64,000 bases of DNA from Octopus vulgaris (Eukaryota): the NCBI GenBank assembly GCA_951406725.2, contig OX597820.1, forward strand, positions 54,498,001 through 54,562,000, given 5' to 3'. A program made the position numbers and the translations under genes. The notes beneath the pieces are model-generated. The model was given only the letters and a program-made list of their open reading frames with translations, was not told the origin of the DNA and did not search any database. Positions 15,197 to 28,353 of the stretch are shown here, piece after piece. Every line of letters begins with the position of its first letter. The first letter of the stretch is position 1.

Positions 15197-16460
15197 GTAC
15201 TCTCCTTTTTTTTTTCCTATGTTAAAAACCGATGTTTCACTTGCACAAATTCATTAAAGTCATACACCCACCACATAAAATGGAAGTGTTTTTTTGTTTT
15301 TATTTTTGTTTTGTTTGTTTGTTTGTTTTTGCAATTCTATCAACATTTATTTCCATTATGAATGTTAAGTTTGCAATATGTGTAAATTTGAAGGAAACTT
15401 GGCAACAATCTTTGGTAACAACAAAAAATACTAAAAAGGAAACATGCTAGAATTTTAATAGAAACTTCAAACGTAAATAAACCGCATCAGTAAACTTCAT
15501 TGGATGATGTGCGTAGTTTCCGCAAGAATAACATCGGTATTCGCAGTGGGGAAAGGTGAGTCAGGAAACAGTGTGAGTGAAACAGAGAGAGAGGAGGAGA
15601 AAGAGGGAGAGAGAGAGAGAGATAAAGGGTGATTAATAAATGAGATAGAGACATAATAAAAAGGAGAGATTGTGCAAGACAGGAAATAGAAAGAGAGAAA
15701 AAAAGATTGGCAAGGAGAGACAGATTATGATATACAGAAAATAAAGAATATAAAAACGGCGAGAGAGGACGAAAGGAGAGAATCCAAATACATCTACCAC
15801 CTACACAAAAGAGAATGCTTCCAATTCTTCAATATAGTAATTGTGACATTCTTCCATCCTTTGCTTCAAGCCCGAAATCCTGCGTTTTGATTAATATAAA
15901 TGCCTACACATACGCGCATGCGCATGACCACCCCGCTTTTGCTTTATGTTTTTATTTCTACAGACATGATGTATATCGGACTACATTAACAACTGTGCTT
16001 TTGCTTCTTTTTTTAAAAAAAAAATGTAATGATAATCGGACAACGATATCTAGGAAGAAGACTATCACATATAGGTCTCCAGATTTCCTTGTTGGCTTGT
16101 GGGCGATCCCCAGTGCTGTAGAGATGATGATGCAGTGGCGTACGGAAAATTGTCTAACAACACACTCTCCCTTCTACATATAAAGACTATCGGACAGAAC
16201 TACAAACGTAAAGGGATAGATGATATATCTGTAAATCCATAAATATCCTTCCAGTTTTATATAAATATTAAAAAGAAACATAGGCTAATTATATTGCATT
16301 ATGTACTTATGTTTATATATGCATATTCATGTATAGACATTCTTACTTTTTAGGGTTATCTCTACAGATTTTCTATAGAAATTATATATACATACATATA
16401 TATGCGAATGTATATGCGTATATATATATGTGTATATATGCATATCTATCTGAGTGTGTA

Positions 16461-16556
<96 letters not shown>

Positions 16557-16597
16557 GTATATATATTTATATATATATAATGTATATATATATGTAT

Positions 16598-16628
<31 letters not shown>

Positions 16629-17204
16629 CATATATATTTATATATACATGCATGTATATGTATACATACAAACATACATACATGTATATATATATATGAA
16701 TATATATATTTATACATATATATACATACACATACATACATGTATATGTGTGTGTGTGTGGCATTATTCAAAAGCTAAATCAATGCAAAAGCGCATTGTA
16801 ACCAGCAATGTTTAACAACATCCGTTAATCTGATCGATCGCATGATCACGATGTGTGTGTGTGTGTGTCTGTGTGTATGCATATGACACAATCAGATACT
16901 CAGTTGCATTGAAACGTGTTATTATATACACACACAGCAGTAGTACAGAAACGACGGAAGCCTCACCGTGTAGTTTTGTACATGCGAGAATGTCAGAAAG
17001 AATTAACTGAATATCACTAATAGAAATATTTGACTTGAAATATTAAAGATCACCACTGAAATATTTTGGCTTGCCATTTAAGTGTTTTTTAAGCATAAAC
17101 TTTTAGGACGTATGTTTTAGCTAGAAGCTACATAGTTGAATCTCATCCACCCACACGCACAATTCACACACACACACAAATATGCGTGCCCACATACACA
17201 TATA

Positions 17205-17294
<90 letters not shown>

Positions 17295-18052
17295 CACGCA
17301 CACACACATGCAAGTACAGACATAAGATCATCCAAACTCATAATATGATACTTAAAAAATGCCTAACCTGATCTTAAAAGCCACTTGTTTCCCTAGTTAA
17401 CTTCTGATAAAATCGCGAATTATGGTCACAGGCATGTCCATTTGGTTAAAAAGTTCGTGAGTTCGAACCCACTGCGCGGACCATAGGCAAATGACTTGTA
17501 CTACAGTCCAGCGATGTCCCATGACTGTGAGCAAAATTGCGGGAAACAGAAACCATACGGAGTCAGATCAGAAGGACCGTACACGTTCTTGATTGAGAGA
17601 TTTATTCTTACCACCTTAACACAACCACGGAGCCGTTTGGTACCTAGTTAAAACCGTCCTTTTTCACCACCCGTCCTGAAGGCCTTGCAAAAAGATCATA
17701 GGCGTTGTCTATCAGTGCAGTCTAAATAACATTATAGACCAGACAATGGTAACCTTTTTCAAAAAGCGGGCCGCATAAGACACGGCTCATCAAGTATCGC
17801 TGTATCAGTAGATTTTAGTGAATATCAATAATTTTCAGGCTGTGCCATCAAATTTTGCTCTGTTCATGCATCGTGAATGTGTGTACGACCAATGATACAG
17901 CTTATATGTGTGCTACATCTTGTTTCAAGAAAACAAAATCCCCTAAACTAGGTAAGATGTTCAGATACAGTATTGTTTGAGTACATATATTTTGCTCATT
18001 ATACTGTTATAGCTCTTAAGCACATTTAGCTGTCAACATTAATACATGTAAT

Positions 18053-18347
18053 GGAGGCGCAATGGCCCTGTGGTTGGGGCAGCGGACTCGCGGTCGGAGG
18101 ATCGCGGTTTCGATTCCCAGACCGGGCGTTGTGTGTGTTTATTGAGCGAAAACACCTGAAGCTCCACGAGCCTCCGGCAAGAGGGAGTGGCGACCCCTGT
18201 TGTATTATTTCGCCCCAACTTTCTTTCACTCTCTTTCTTCCTGTTTCTTGAGAAACGCTGCGATGGACTAGCGTCCCGTCCAGCTAGGGGGAACACATAC
18301 TCCACAGAAACCGGGAAACCGGGCCCATGAGACTGGCTAGGGTTGAA
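18053..18347 (+). mobile_element. tRNA-derived SINE family D (V/Meta-domain-like 3' core), copy 1
   Basis: tRNA-like head ggaggcgcaatggccc.gtggtt...ggtttcgattccc and core ctgcgatggact.gcgtcccgtccag. Homologous to 59354-59660. Confidence 0.8.
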
Positions 18348-19158
18348 GTGAGAGAGAGAGAGAGAGCGAAAGACAGAGAAAGAAAGAGGGAGATAGATCT
18401 CACATAAATAATAAATACATGTATGTATGCATATATGTATGTGTTGATGATCTGTAGGGACACCGTATTTCGTTGCGTAACCATAATACGCTACAAAGTA
18501 CATTAAGCGCTATTATAAGTCAATAATGTATTCTACTGTGTTAGCAGTGCCATTATATCACTTATTAAGATTATCCCTGCAGGATTTTCTACAGAAATTG
18601 TAGCCCAGGCTATAATTTCTTGCAGTAATTCTCTATGCATCTCATATGAGCGTTATAAGGCATTTAAAAACACTTGAAAACGTGAATCGTTATGATGTTA
18701 GAGTGTATCATAATTTAATAAGAAAAAATTTAAAGGATTGCATTTTCACCTGTTGAAAGGCAAATACATATTTCGGGACACTTCATTTCATATTACTCCA
18801 GTACACTCAGCTGTAAATAGATAACCTTGAGACGAACTGGCCTTCCGATCAAGAATCTTGGCCTCTCGCATAGTCAGTGGGGTAGCTTCATTCGAAAACT
18901 AAAACTATGCAAAGCGTGTCGTGACCAGCAATGTATAATAACGTCCGGTAGTTTGGTCGATCACGTGATCACGTGCTTTCTTTACATATATATATATATA
19001 TATACGTGGCTGTGTGGTAAGAAGCATGCTTACTAACCACATGTTCCAGGTTCAGTCCCACTGCGTGGCACCTTCGGCAAGTGTCTTCTACTATAGCTTC
19101 GGGCCGACCAAAGCCTTGTGAGTGGATTTGGTAGACGAAAACTGAAAGAAGTCCGTCG

Positions 19159-19236
<78 letters not shown>

Positions 19237-20053
19237 CGTGTGTGTGTGTGTGTGTGTTTGTCTCTCCAGCATCGCTTGACAACCCATGGTGGTGTGTTTA
19301 CGTCGCCATAACTTAGCGTTTCGGCAAATATATACAAATATATTCTGCATATTCTGTATGCACATATGTATGCTTGCATGTATATGCATCTGTATAAACA
19401 TACATACATACATACATACATACATGCATACATACATACATACATACATACATACATACATACATACATACAAACAAACATATGTGCGTGTGTGTATCTA
19501 TTAGCGCTTTCCTACGCATTACTTAAGGACTAAACTCTTTTTTCCATCAGATCCAGTTACTGTTGTTTGTGAACAACCCGGACATGCCAAATCGTGGTTG
19601 GCAGCCAACCAGTATCGTCTTACTTTCCGCTGTCATCCGTTCTCACTTCAACTCTTTATTCGTCTTTAAAACAACACTAAACATATCCATTTCACTTCTC
19701 ACTCCTATGTGCCTGAGTGAATATGTATGCATGCATAGATGCAGGCATACGTTCATAAATAAATGCATACATTCAAGCAGATACACATGCATACATACGT
19801 ACATGCCGATATACATGCAAGCATACATATATAGTGGGAGGGTCTATATGTGTGTATTTGTGCTTCTGTATTTGTGCAAACGGCAGTCATTTATTGTGAT
19901 AACAATAATCGTTTGATGATATTGCCTGTGATTATAATAAGCAGCATTCACTGTGTGTGTATGTGAGTGTGTGTGCGTGTATGTGTGTGCGTACAACTTG
20001 ACCATATCGTCTCTCTTTACTCACTTTCTCTCACACTCAGTATGTGTTCGGAT

Positions 20054-20092
<39 letters not shown>

Positions 20093-20360
20093 TGTGTATG
20101 TATAACAGCTTTAAAAGTGTCTGTACAAAGGAAGAGTATACTCAATGCATATACATACTTATCTACATACATGTGTGTGTGCGCGCGCGCGCACGGATGT
20201 TTGTGTGTGTTGAAAAAATGCTATTTCAAATGAGACGGTATAACTGCTTAACGTCACTTAGAACTCCATTTAAATCCATGTATAACCAACATCCAATCAA
20301 GTATTAAGCAATTTGTCCACAGATTAATTTCGTTTTGTATTATATACATCATCTTATACA

Positions 20361-20510
20361 TCTTTATTAATAAAACCGAAATTCTGTCTGTCCGGTTGGG
20401 ACTCCTGTAATTCGGTCTACGTTTGCTCTACATAGACATATTATACCTTTTAGGAATCAGGATGATCCCGGAATTGAAAATCTGCCCTTCATTTGATTCT
20501 TGAACATCCA
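20361..20510 (+). mobile_element. Possible Helitron 5' terminal fragment
   Basis: a|TCtttattaataaaa..gaaattctgtctgtc start, similar to the starts at 58140 and 49100. Confidence 0.4.
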
Positions 20511-21366
20511 GCATTGGGATCTGATTTAAAAGCATTTAGGTTGCTATTTCTAGCAGGTAAAGCTTGGTTGATTCACGCCAACTTGTTCGGCGTTTGTCAG
20601 ATAACGTCAGAGATGAAAGTAAAGATAAATGACATTCGCTTCATTAATTTTACGTCGAGATGAGAACTTTAGGACAAATTGGCTGACTTGGGACTGGAAC
20701 AATAGAATGATTGCATTACAGAATTAATTCTCATCCGTCCTTAACCTCTGATCAAACACCACAGGGTGTCATTATAGATGAATTATAGTCAGTTTTGGAC
20801 CGCAGGAGCTAGCTGAATGCACAGAATGCAGCTTTTAAGCTAGTATTTGAATAAACTATAGAGTATATATCCGAGAGCTAAATAAATTGAGAGATTTCTT
20901 TAAAATTTTTATTACATGATAATTTATGACGCTTATAATAAGATGTTTAACCGAATCTTCAGTCATATTCTGCTCTCGGGTTTCTTTTATCTTTTATCAT
21001 TTGCCTGTTTCTGTCGGTAGACCGCAGGCATGCTGGAGCAACACCTTAAAGACGTCGAACGAATGAACCCCTGCAATTAGTTATTTTAAGTCTTATTCTA
21101 TCGTTCTCTTTGACATACATTTCAAGCTTGGACAGAGTCTTTGATTCTTTTATTCTTTCATTCTTTTACTTGTTTCAGTCATTTCACTGCGGCCATGCTG
21201 GAGTACCGCTTTGAATCAACTCCAGGACTTATTCTTTGTAAGCCTAGTACTTATTCTAACGGTCTATTTTGCCGAACCGCTAAGTTACGTAGACATAAAC
21301 ACACTAGCATCGGTTGTCCAACGATGGCAGGAGGACAAACACAGGCACACACATAAATCTATACAA

Positions 21367-21404
<38 letters not shown>

Positions 21405-21413
21405 TATAACACT

Positions 21414-21511
<98 letters not shown>

Positions 21512-21573
21512 TATACATATATATATATACATATATATGTATATATATATTTGTGTGTGTGTGTATATATATG

Positions 21574-21638
<65 letters not shown>

Positions 21639-22695
21639 ACACGTATATATATATGTGTGTGTACACGTATATACATATATGCACATGTGCTTTCGTCCTT
21701 TAACTGGAGTGGTTTCCAAAAAGATTTCTTCATACTTTGCTGAGAGTTTACTAGTGTAAATTGACGTAGATATGAAAAGAAGTATTAGTATATTAAGTGT
21801 ATGATTAACTTATAGAATGAAATTCTACAAATCCAATCATATTTGTCCAAAAATGGAGGAGATAAGATGTTAACATTTTATCTCCTCCATTTAGATATAT
21901 ATATATACGATGGGCTTCTTTCAGTTTCCGTATACCAAATCCACACACAAGGCTTTGGTCGGCCCAAGGCTATAGTAGAAGACACTTGCCCAAGGTGCCA
22001 CGCAGTGGGACTGAATCCCGAATCATGTGGTTGGGAAGCAAGCTTCTTACCACAGACAGCCACGATTCTTCACATTAACTCCCTTTCTTGTATGGAACTA
22101 GTCTCGATTGCTATTTGGTAATTGTGACACATCTCTAGATACACATATACTTTTACAAAATCAAGAACGGTTACAGCTTCTGTCCGAAACCGGTAATACA
22201 TACATACATACATACATACATACATACATACATACATACATACATACATACATACATACATACATACATACATACTTGAAATACCAATGTTAAGTCCCAT
22301 TTACGGAACAAAATAACAGAGTTTATGTAAACATGTGCAGTTATCTATCTGAATGTCAACAACCTAAAGACTATCTATTTTATAAGTTAATAATCCAGAA
22401 ATAATGCGCTATATGTGGTAAGAGTTTTAGCTTAGTTTTGCAAGATGCTCTATTAATTTCATTCTATTCAGTATTCTTCTCACATTATTTTTTATCTGAC
22501 TTCAAGGTACACCATGTGCTTTTTCCGTCTTTTATCTATTTTGAGGGTTAACTCTTTCGCCCACATTAATAACATTTCCATGAAATGAAATACATGAATA
22601 ATAATAAAATATTTAGGATCTTTGTAATGATTTTAAAAAGTATATATATATATATTTAAAAAAAGGAGATGTCGAACACGAGTGGTGATATATAA

Positions 22696-22788
22696 AAAAG
22701 GAAATGAAGAAAATGCTGACAAATAATTGAAGTAATTTAAGTAATTACTTAAATTACTTCAATTATTTGTCAGCATTTTCTTCATTTC

Positions 22789-22793
<5 letters not shown>
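22696..22793. repeat. Perfect 98-bp palindrome (49-bp arms, no spacer)
   Basis: aaaaggaaatgaagaaaatgctgacaaataattgaagtaatttaagtaa followed by its exact reverse complement. A single-arm homologue lies at ~44655-44740. Confidence 0.92.
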
Positions 22794-22825
<32 letters not shown>

Positions 22826-23170
22826 TGCTTCTTCGTCACCGTTAAATTTAAAATTCAAACTTCTCACCCTGCCGAGATTTAAGACATATCTAGTAGTGAT
22901 TAACTCCCTTGCGATAGCCGCTGCCTGAGACTCCACGTGCTCAACAGTTTCGTAGTGATTACCAAGTGTAGCATGTGCCCTATCACATTTAGGCAATCGC
23001 CAGATTTATTTTAATATAATTCTTCTATCAAGGGCGGTGAACAGGCAAAATCGTTGTTGCATTGAACAGAATGAATATCTTACAGTGTATGTTCCAACTC
23101 TTTAACGCCCCGAGTTCAAATCCCACAGAGATCAACTATGTTTTTCATTCTTCCGGGATCGATAAAAGTG

Positions 23171-23430
23171 GTAAGAAAATTGAGATCGAGCGAGCTTTGG
23201 CCCTTTTGTTCCACGTCTGGTTTCCATTCTCGCTGAGCGTTACCGTTCGACAGACGTACGACCCCGGTCAAACACCCTGACTAACACTGTTCTCCTTTAA
23301 CTTTCGTGCATCGGATACATCGACGCTCGTTTAGGCGCTCGACATGCACCGCGCGCTTCGCATCAGATAGTGGGTTACCGCTCGGCAACAGCCCGATCCC
23401 TGCTCCATCGAGTGAGCGGGGAAAATTAGC
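23171..23430 (-). pseudogene. Degenerate 28S (LSU) rRNA fragment, antisense, embedded in a SINE A copy
   Basis: The plus strand matches the reverse complement of conserved LSU sequence (gaaaatcaagatcaagcgagcttttgccctt...gcgttaccgtttgacag.tgtaccgccccagtcaaactcccc..ctgacactgt) with substitutions and a deletion. It forms a GC-rich island. Confidence 0.8.
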
Positions 23431-23558
23431 AAACAAGTCCTTGGTCGACATAATCGACTTTTCTGATTTTCCACCTCAAATTTGTGATATTGTACCTATG
23501 TCAGAAATTATTAATCTACTCTGTGTGTGTATGTGTGCGTGTGTGTCTGTGTGTGTGT

Positions 23559-23635
<77 letters not shown>

Positions 23636-24016
23636 CAGCAAATGAAGTACACTAATCGCCCCGTGATGCTGTAGATTCTAAAGGAATTATATTAGTTGCC
23701 TGTACAGTTAACATGTTTGCCTTGAAACTTCGTAGTTTCGGTTTCAGTCCCACCGCGTGGCAACTTTAGCAAATAATTTCTATTATACCCTCGGCTTGAC
23801 GTACTTTATGAGTGAATTTGGTAGGTAAAGACTGTGTCGAAACCCGTCTTATAAACGCGTACGTACGCACGTACAGTCATACATATATACATACATATAT
23901 ACATACATACATACATACATACATACATACATACATACATACATACATACGTACGTACATACATACACACACACACATACATACATACATACATAATACT
24001 TAAATACATACATACA

Positions 24017-24049
<33 letters not shown>

Positions 24050-24489
24050 GCATGCATACATGCATAAGTTTAAAAACGGCTGATAAACAAAAGTACGCGT
24101 AATGAATATATTTACAAGGAAGGTTGCGAATACGAATAAGGAAAAAGAATAACGTAATAGTTTTATCTTTACAGCTGTTTCGAATGAACAATAACTGATG
24201 TCACAACCATGTATATAATGGGTCGATCGCACTGAGATACAGGGCAGAGGATGTATGGCACGCTGATGATAGAAAGAGAGAGGGACCAGAATGTGAAAAT
24301 GCCTTAGTAAGCTAGTGATAGTAAGGGTGTACATTCGCTAGGCGGGTAGTTTTATAGCCGCATCAGGACAATTACGCCCCATAGGACAATTACCCCCGAC
24401 GACAACTACCCCTGGGACAATTACTCTCTTTGGTTAATTATCCCGTCTCCAATATGTTAAGAGCTTTTAAATCCCCATTTGTTGTCCTC

Positions 24490-24870
24490 TTTTACTCTTT
24501 TCCTTGTTTCAGTCATTTTGACTGTGGCCATGCTGGAGCACCACCCTTAGTCGAGTAAATCGACCCCAGGACTTATTCTTTGTAAGCCTAGTACTTATTC
24601 TATCGGTCTTTTTTGCCGAATCGCTAAGTTACGGGGACGTAAACACACCTCCGTCGGTTGTCAAGTGATGTTGGGGGGACAAACACAGACACACAAACAT
24701 ATACACACACACATAAATATATATATACATGTATACGACGGGCTTCTTTCAGTTTCTGTCTACCAAACCCACTCACAAGGCTTTGGTCGGCCCGAGGTGC
24801 TACGCAGTGGGACTGAACCCGGAACCATGTGGTTCGTAAGCAAGTTACTTACCACACAGCTACCCCTGCG
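24490..24870 (-). mobile_element. SINE family B, nearly full length
   Basis: Reverse complement of the family B consensus including the tRNA head (24800-24870). Confidence 0.85.
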
Positions 24871-24872
24871 TC

Positions 24873-24926
<54 letters not shown>

Positions 24927-25000
24927 ATATTAGGGAATAAATCCAAATTTACAGGGAAAAAATCAGATTTAGGATTAAATCCAATTTTATAGTAAAATAT

Positions 25001-25315
25001 TATAAAATATTATTAGAGACAAAACCACTATTTTGCAAAACAAACAAGGAAAGACTTAATCAATACATAAAATTTTAATAAATAGTCAAAAAAAACCGCC
25101 ACTACAATTGTTTCTTGTCTTGATCGACAATCTTCAGGTGGACTTCCAATAAGTCAGTTTCGAAACTGACTTATTGGAAGTCCACCTGAGATTGTCGATC
25201 AAGACAAGAAAAAATTGTAGTGGCGGTTTTTTTGACTATTTATTAAAATTTTATGTATTGATTCTTTCCTTGTTTGTTTTGCAAAATAGTGGTTTGTCTC
25301 TAATAATATTTTATA
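25001..25315. repeat. Near-perfect 315-bp palindrome centred at 25161/25162; part of a Penelope-like insert (~24913-25315) in (TA)n
   Basis: Arms differ at about 5 sites. Centre is gtttc|gaaac. Each arm carries a hammerhead motif. Confidence 0.9.
25099..25141 (-). ncRNA. Minimal type I hammerhead ribozyme (PLE type, dimer-forming stem III)
   Basis: Minus strand reads ccac-CUGAAGA-uuguc gaucaa gacaa-GAAAC-aauu-GUA-gugg. Stem I 4 bp, stem II 5 bp, palindromic ACAAUUGU stem III, GUA cleavage triplet. Confidence 0.85.
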
Positions 25316-25584
25316 TATATATATATATGTATATATAGCGGCGTACGTACACTTTGTTCTCTTATAAGTACATATGTATGTATGTGCATATATGCCAGAT
25401 TGGTGTCAGATAATAATGCTGATAATCATCAGATGCTTTTCGTTTAATTAGATTTTCGTTCTGGCGGTTGGCTATGTGCGATGCATTGGATGGCTGAAAA
25501 GATTGTCAGTTTGTCATGGCTATTTAAATTTTCATAAATATATTACTGTGTCTATATAACAGATTTCATATCTACTAACAGGTG

Positions 25585-25618
<34 letters not shown>

Positions 25619-26604
25619 AGAGAATAATAGGCATATGTATGCATATGTACTGATATAGTGATATTAAGAGTATGAGAAGAAGAAGGGGGAGGAGGTGGGG
25701 GAGGAGGAGAGGAAGAAGAAGATGAAGGAGAGAAAGGAGGAGGGGGAGTGGAGAGGAAGAAGTAGAAGAAGGGGAGGAGGGAAAGGAGGAGGAGGAGGAG
25801 GAGGAGGAGAAGAAGAAGAAGAAGAAGAAGAAGAAGAAGAAGAAGAAGAAGAAGAAGAAGAAGAAGAAGAAGAAGAAGAAGAAGAAGAAGAAGAACCTTT
25901 CTACTACAGGGGCTGAAATTTTTGGTGTGAGTGGGGTGTCCACTCGAGTGGGGTGTCCAGCTGGTACTTATTTTACTGAGCCCGAAAAGATGAAAGGCGA
26001 AATAAAAGCGACGGATTTTCAACACAACGTACAGCCAGGAAAATATGCTGCCAAATGTTTTGTCTAACGTGCTAACGATTCTACCACCTCACTGCAACAT
26101 TAATAATAATTTTTGTCCACTATAGGCACAAAGCCTGGAGTTTTGGAGTTAAAGTAGTGAAGAAAGGCAAACAATTAGGCAATGCAGAACAAAGACACTT
26201 AATTTCATTTAATTCAATCTAAAATTTAGCTACATAACGAATGGTAAAAATAGTACAAAATAGTAAAGGTAGTCTCCGGCAGCTGTTTCTATGATATCCC
26301 TACTGACTCAAAGGGATGCCACCTCTAGCCGTTTTTGAACAAGACAATCACACAACCACAACTTCAATCATGTTCAATCATGCCTTGTTGGTATATAAGC
26401 TGATGTCGAAATAATTTATCAGAATGAAATTTCACATCTAAATATTTCTTTTGTACGTTTTCTGGCGTCATGCGCATAAAGCGGTTCTAGCGTCTCTCTC
26501 TCTAGCCACGTCCTTATCTTCCAATTACAAATAACAATATCGGGTCAGTTGTCCTAGTCCATATACGTGAGAGTATACATACATACATACATACATACAT
26601 ACAT

Positions 26605-26647
<43 letters not shown>

Positions 26648-26656
26648 CATATATAC

Positions 26657-26694
<38 letters not shown>

Positions 26695-26700
26695 TATACA

Positions 26701-26774
<74 letters not shown>

Positions 26775-28259
26775 CATACATACATACATACATACATACA
26801 TACATACATACATACATACATACATACGTACATACATACATACATATTAATATATCGAAAATGACAACACCATATTTTCTTCCTTTCTCAGATGATAAGC
26901 AAGGGTCCGAAACTTTAGGGACTCCGCACCTCAAAACAGCTTAACTTATACGATTGTTCTTCGAACTCTTTTATAAACTGGTAGGAGTGGAAAGTTGAAA
27001 TATGCAGAGAATAGATTACTCGTGGGCACCATCCGCAGAACAAAATAATAGTTTGATTAATGTTAACCTATTCAAAGCAAGTATTATCAGAATGAATCAT
27101 TGGAGGACCATTTAATTTTTGTAATTTTAGCTAAATTCTTATTGTCTGTGGTTACTGTTCTGTGTGAAGGCGCGTGATTGAGCGGATAGGGTGCCAGCTT
27201 GAGAAAGACGCTTATTTCACGTTGCCCCCGTCCACCCAGCTGGCAAAAATAGTTCAATGGGCCAGCATTTTCTCATTCGTGTATGACACGCTGAATCTCT
27301 CATAGAACTACCTTAAGAGTTCGCGTGTTTGTAGAATGCTCAGCCATTTGCACGTTAATTTCACGCGCAGGCTTTTCCGCTGATCGATTCTACTAAAGCA
27401 CACGTCGTAGTAATCGACGGAAAGCCAGGCCTTGTCGTTTTTGTATGATAAGGAAGTCCCATATGCTTTCAGTTTTTAGGATTTCGAAAATTTCCAGCCA
27501 AACCTCCTTCTTTCTCTGTAGGGATCATAGCTCGTACTTCAAAACAAAGCTGTATATTAATCTGACTTCCTTACCTAAAATATTCTTTGCATAATTTCCC
27601 TTAGTCGTAACGGCCAATATGTATGTTAGCGAGGAAGTCGTTGGAGTACCTTCGTGATGCACAGTATGTTTTGAGCAGTTTAAATGCCTGGCATAGCCCA
27701 TCCTTCTTCAGAACCAAACACTGTCGATTTCTTCAGTAGAGAATGAGAAGAATCAACCCCAGTACGGGACAGTACTTTATTTATTGACCTCGGAAGGATT
27801 AAAGGTAAGGCTAACCACGGCAGAATTTTAACTCCGAGCTCAGAGAGCTGGAACGAATCCGGCAAAGCATTCTATCAGGCATTCAAAGATTCTTTCATCT
27901 CGTCGTCTATGTATATGTCTGGGAAATGCGCGTTTTATTTTCCTGGGTATTTATATGAACTCTAATAGTAACTACAGTTTGCTATAATTGCTAATAGCTT
28001 GCAGCCTTTCCTTCAGCATCATGCCAAATTTATTAAGCTTCGATGGACAGGATAGAAAATATCTGAAGAGACAAGTATCTGGGATTGACATTCCTTTTCT
28101 ACCTTATGCATTTTTCTTCCTCTACGTTGTCTAAACTCTGTATCAGCAATTTGCTAATTGCAGTTATAAACAGCAGCCACAGATATATTTTTATAAACTG
28201 AGATTATGTTGAAAATATTACGAAGCAGTTTATTAATATATATTTCATTTCACTTTCAG

Positions 28260-28353
28260 AACTTGAAAATACATTCGACGCCTCCGGTATTACAATTAAA
28301 ACTGACCTTTGGGTAACAGACAATTATGAAATTTCGGACGTCCTTTTGGGTAG
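28260..28353 (+). CDS. MYLK: MLCK-like kinase exon (linker plus start of Gly-rich loop): (E)LENTFDASGITIKTDLWVTDNYEISDVLLGR
   Basis: Acceptor tttcatttcactttcAG at 28258-59, donor AG|GTATGT at 28354. Ends in phase 2 and joins 32116 to give LLGR-GKFGEV. Resembles the segment preceding the kinase domain in MLCKs. Too short for the ORF track. Confidence 0.85.

Noticed and set aside
23171-23430. Functional rDNA
   Set aside because: Short, internally deleted, diverged and isolated, so it is a pseudogenic fragment only.
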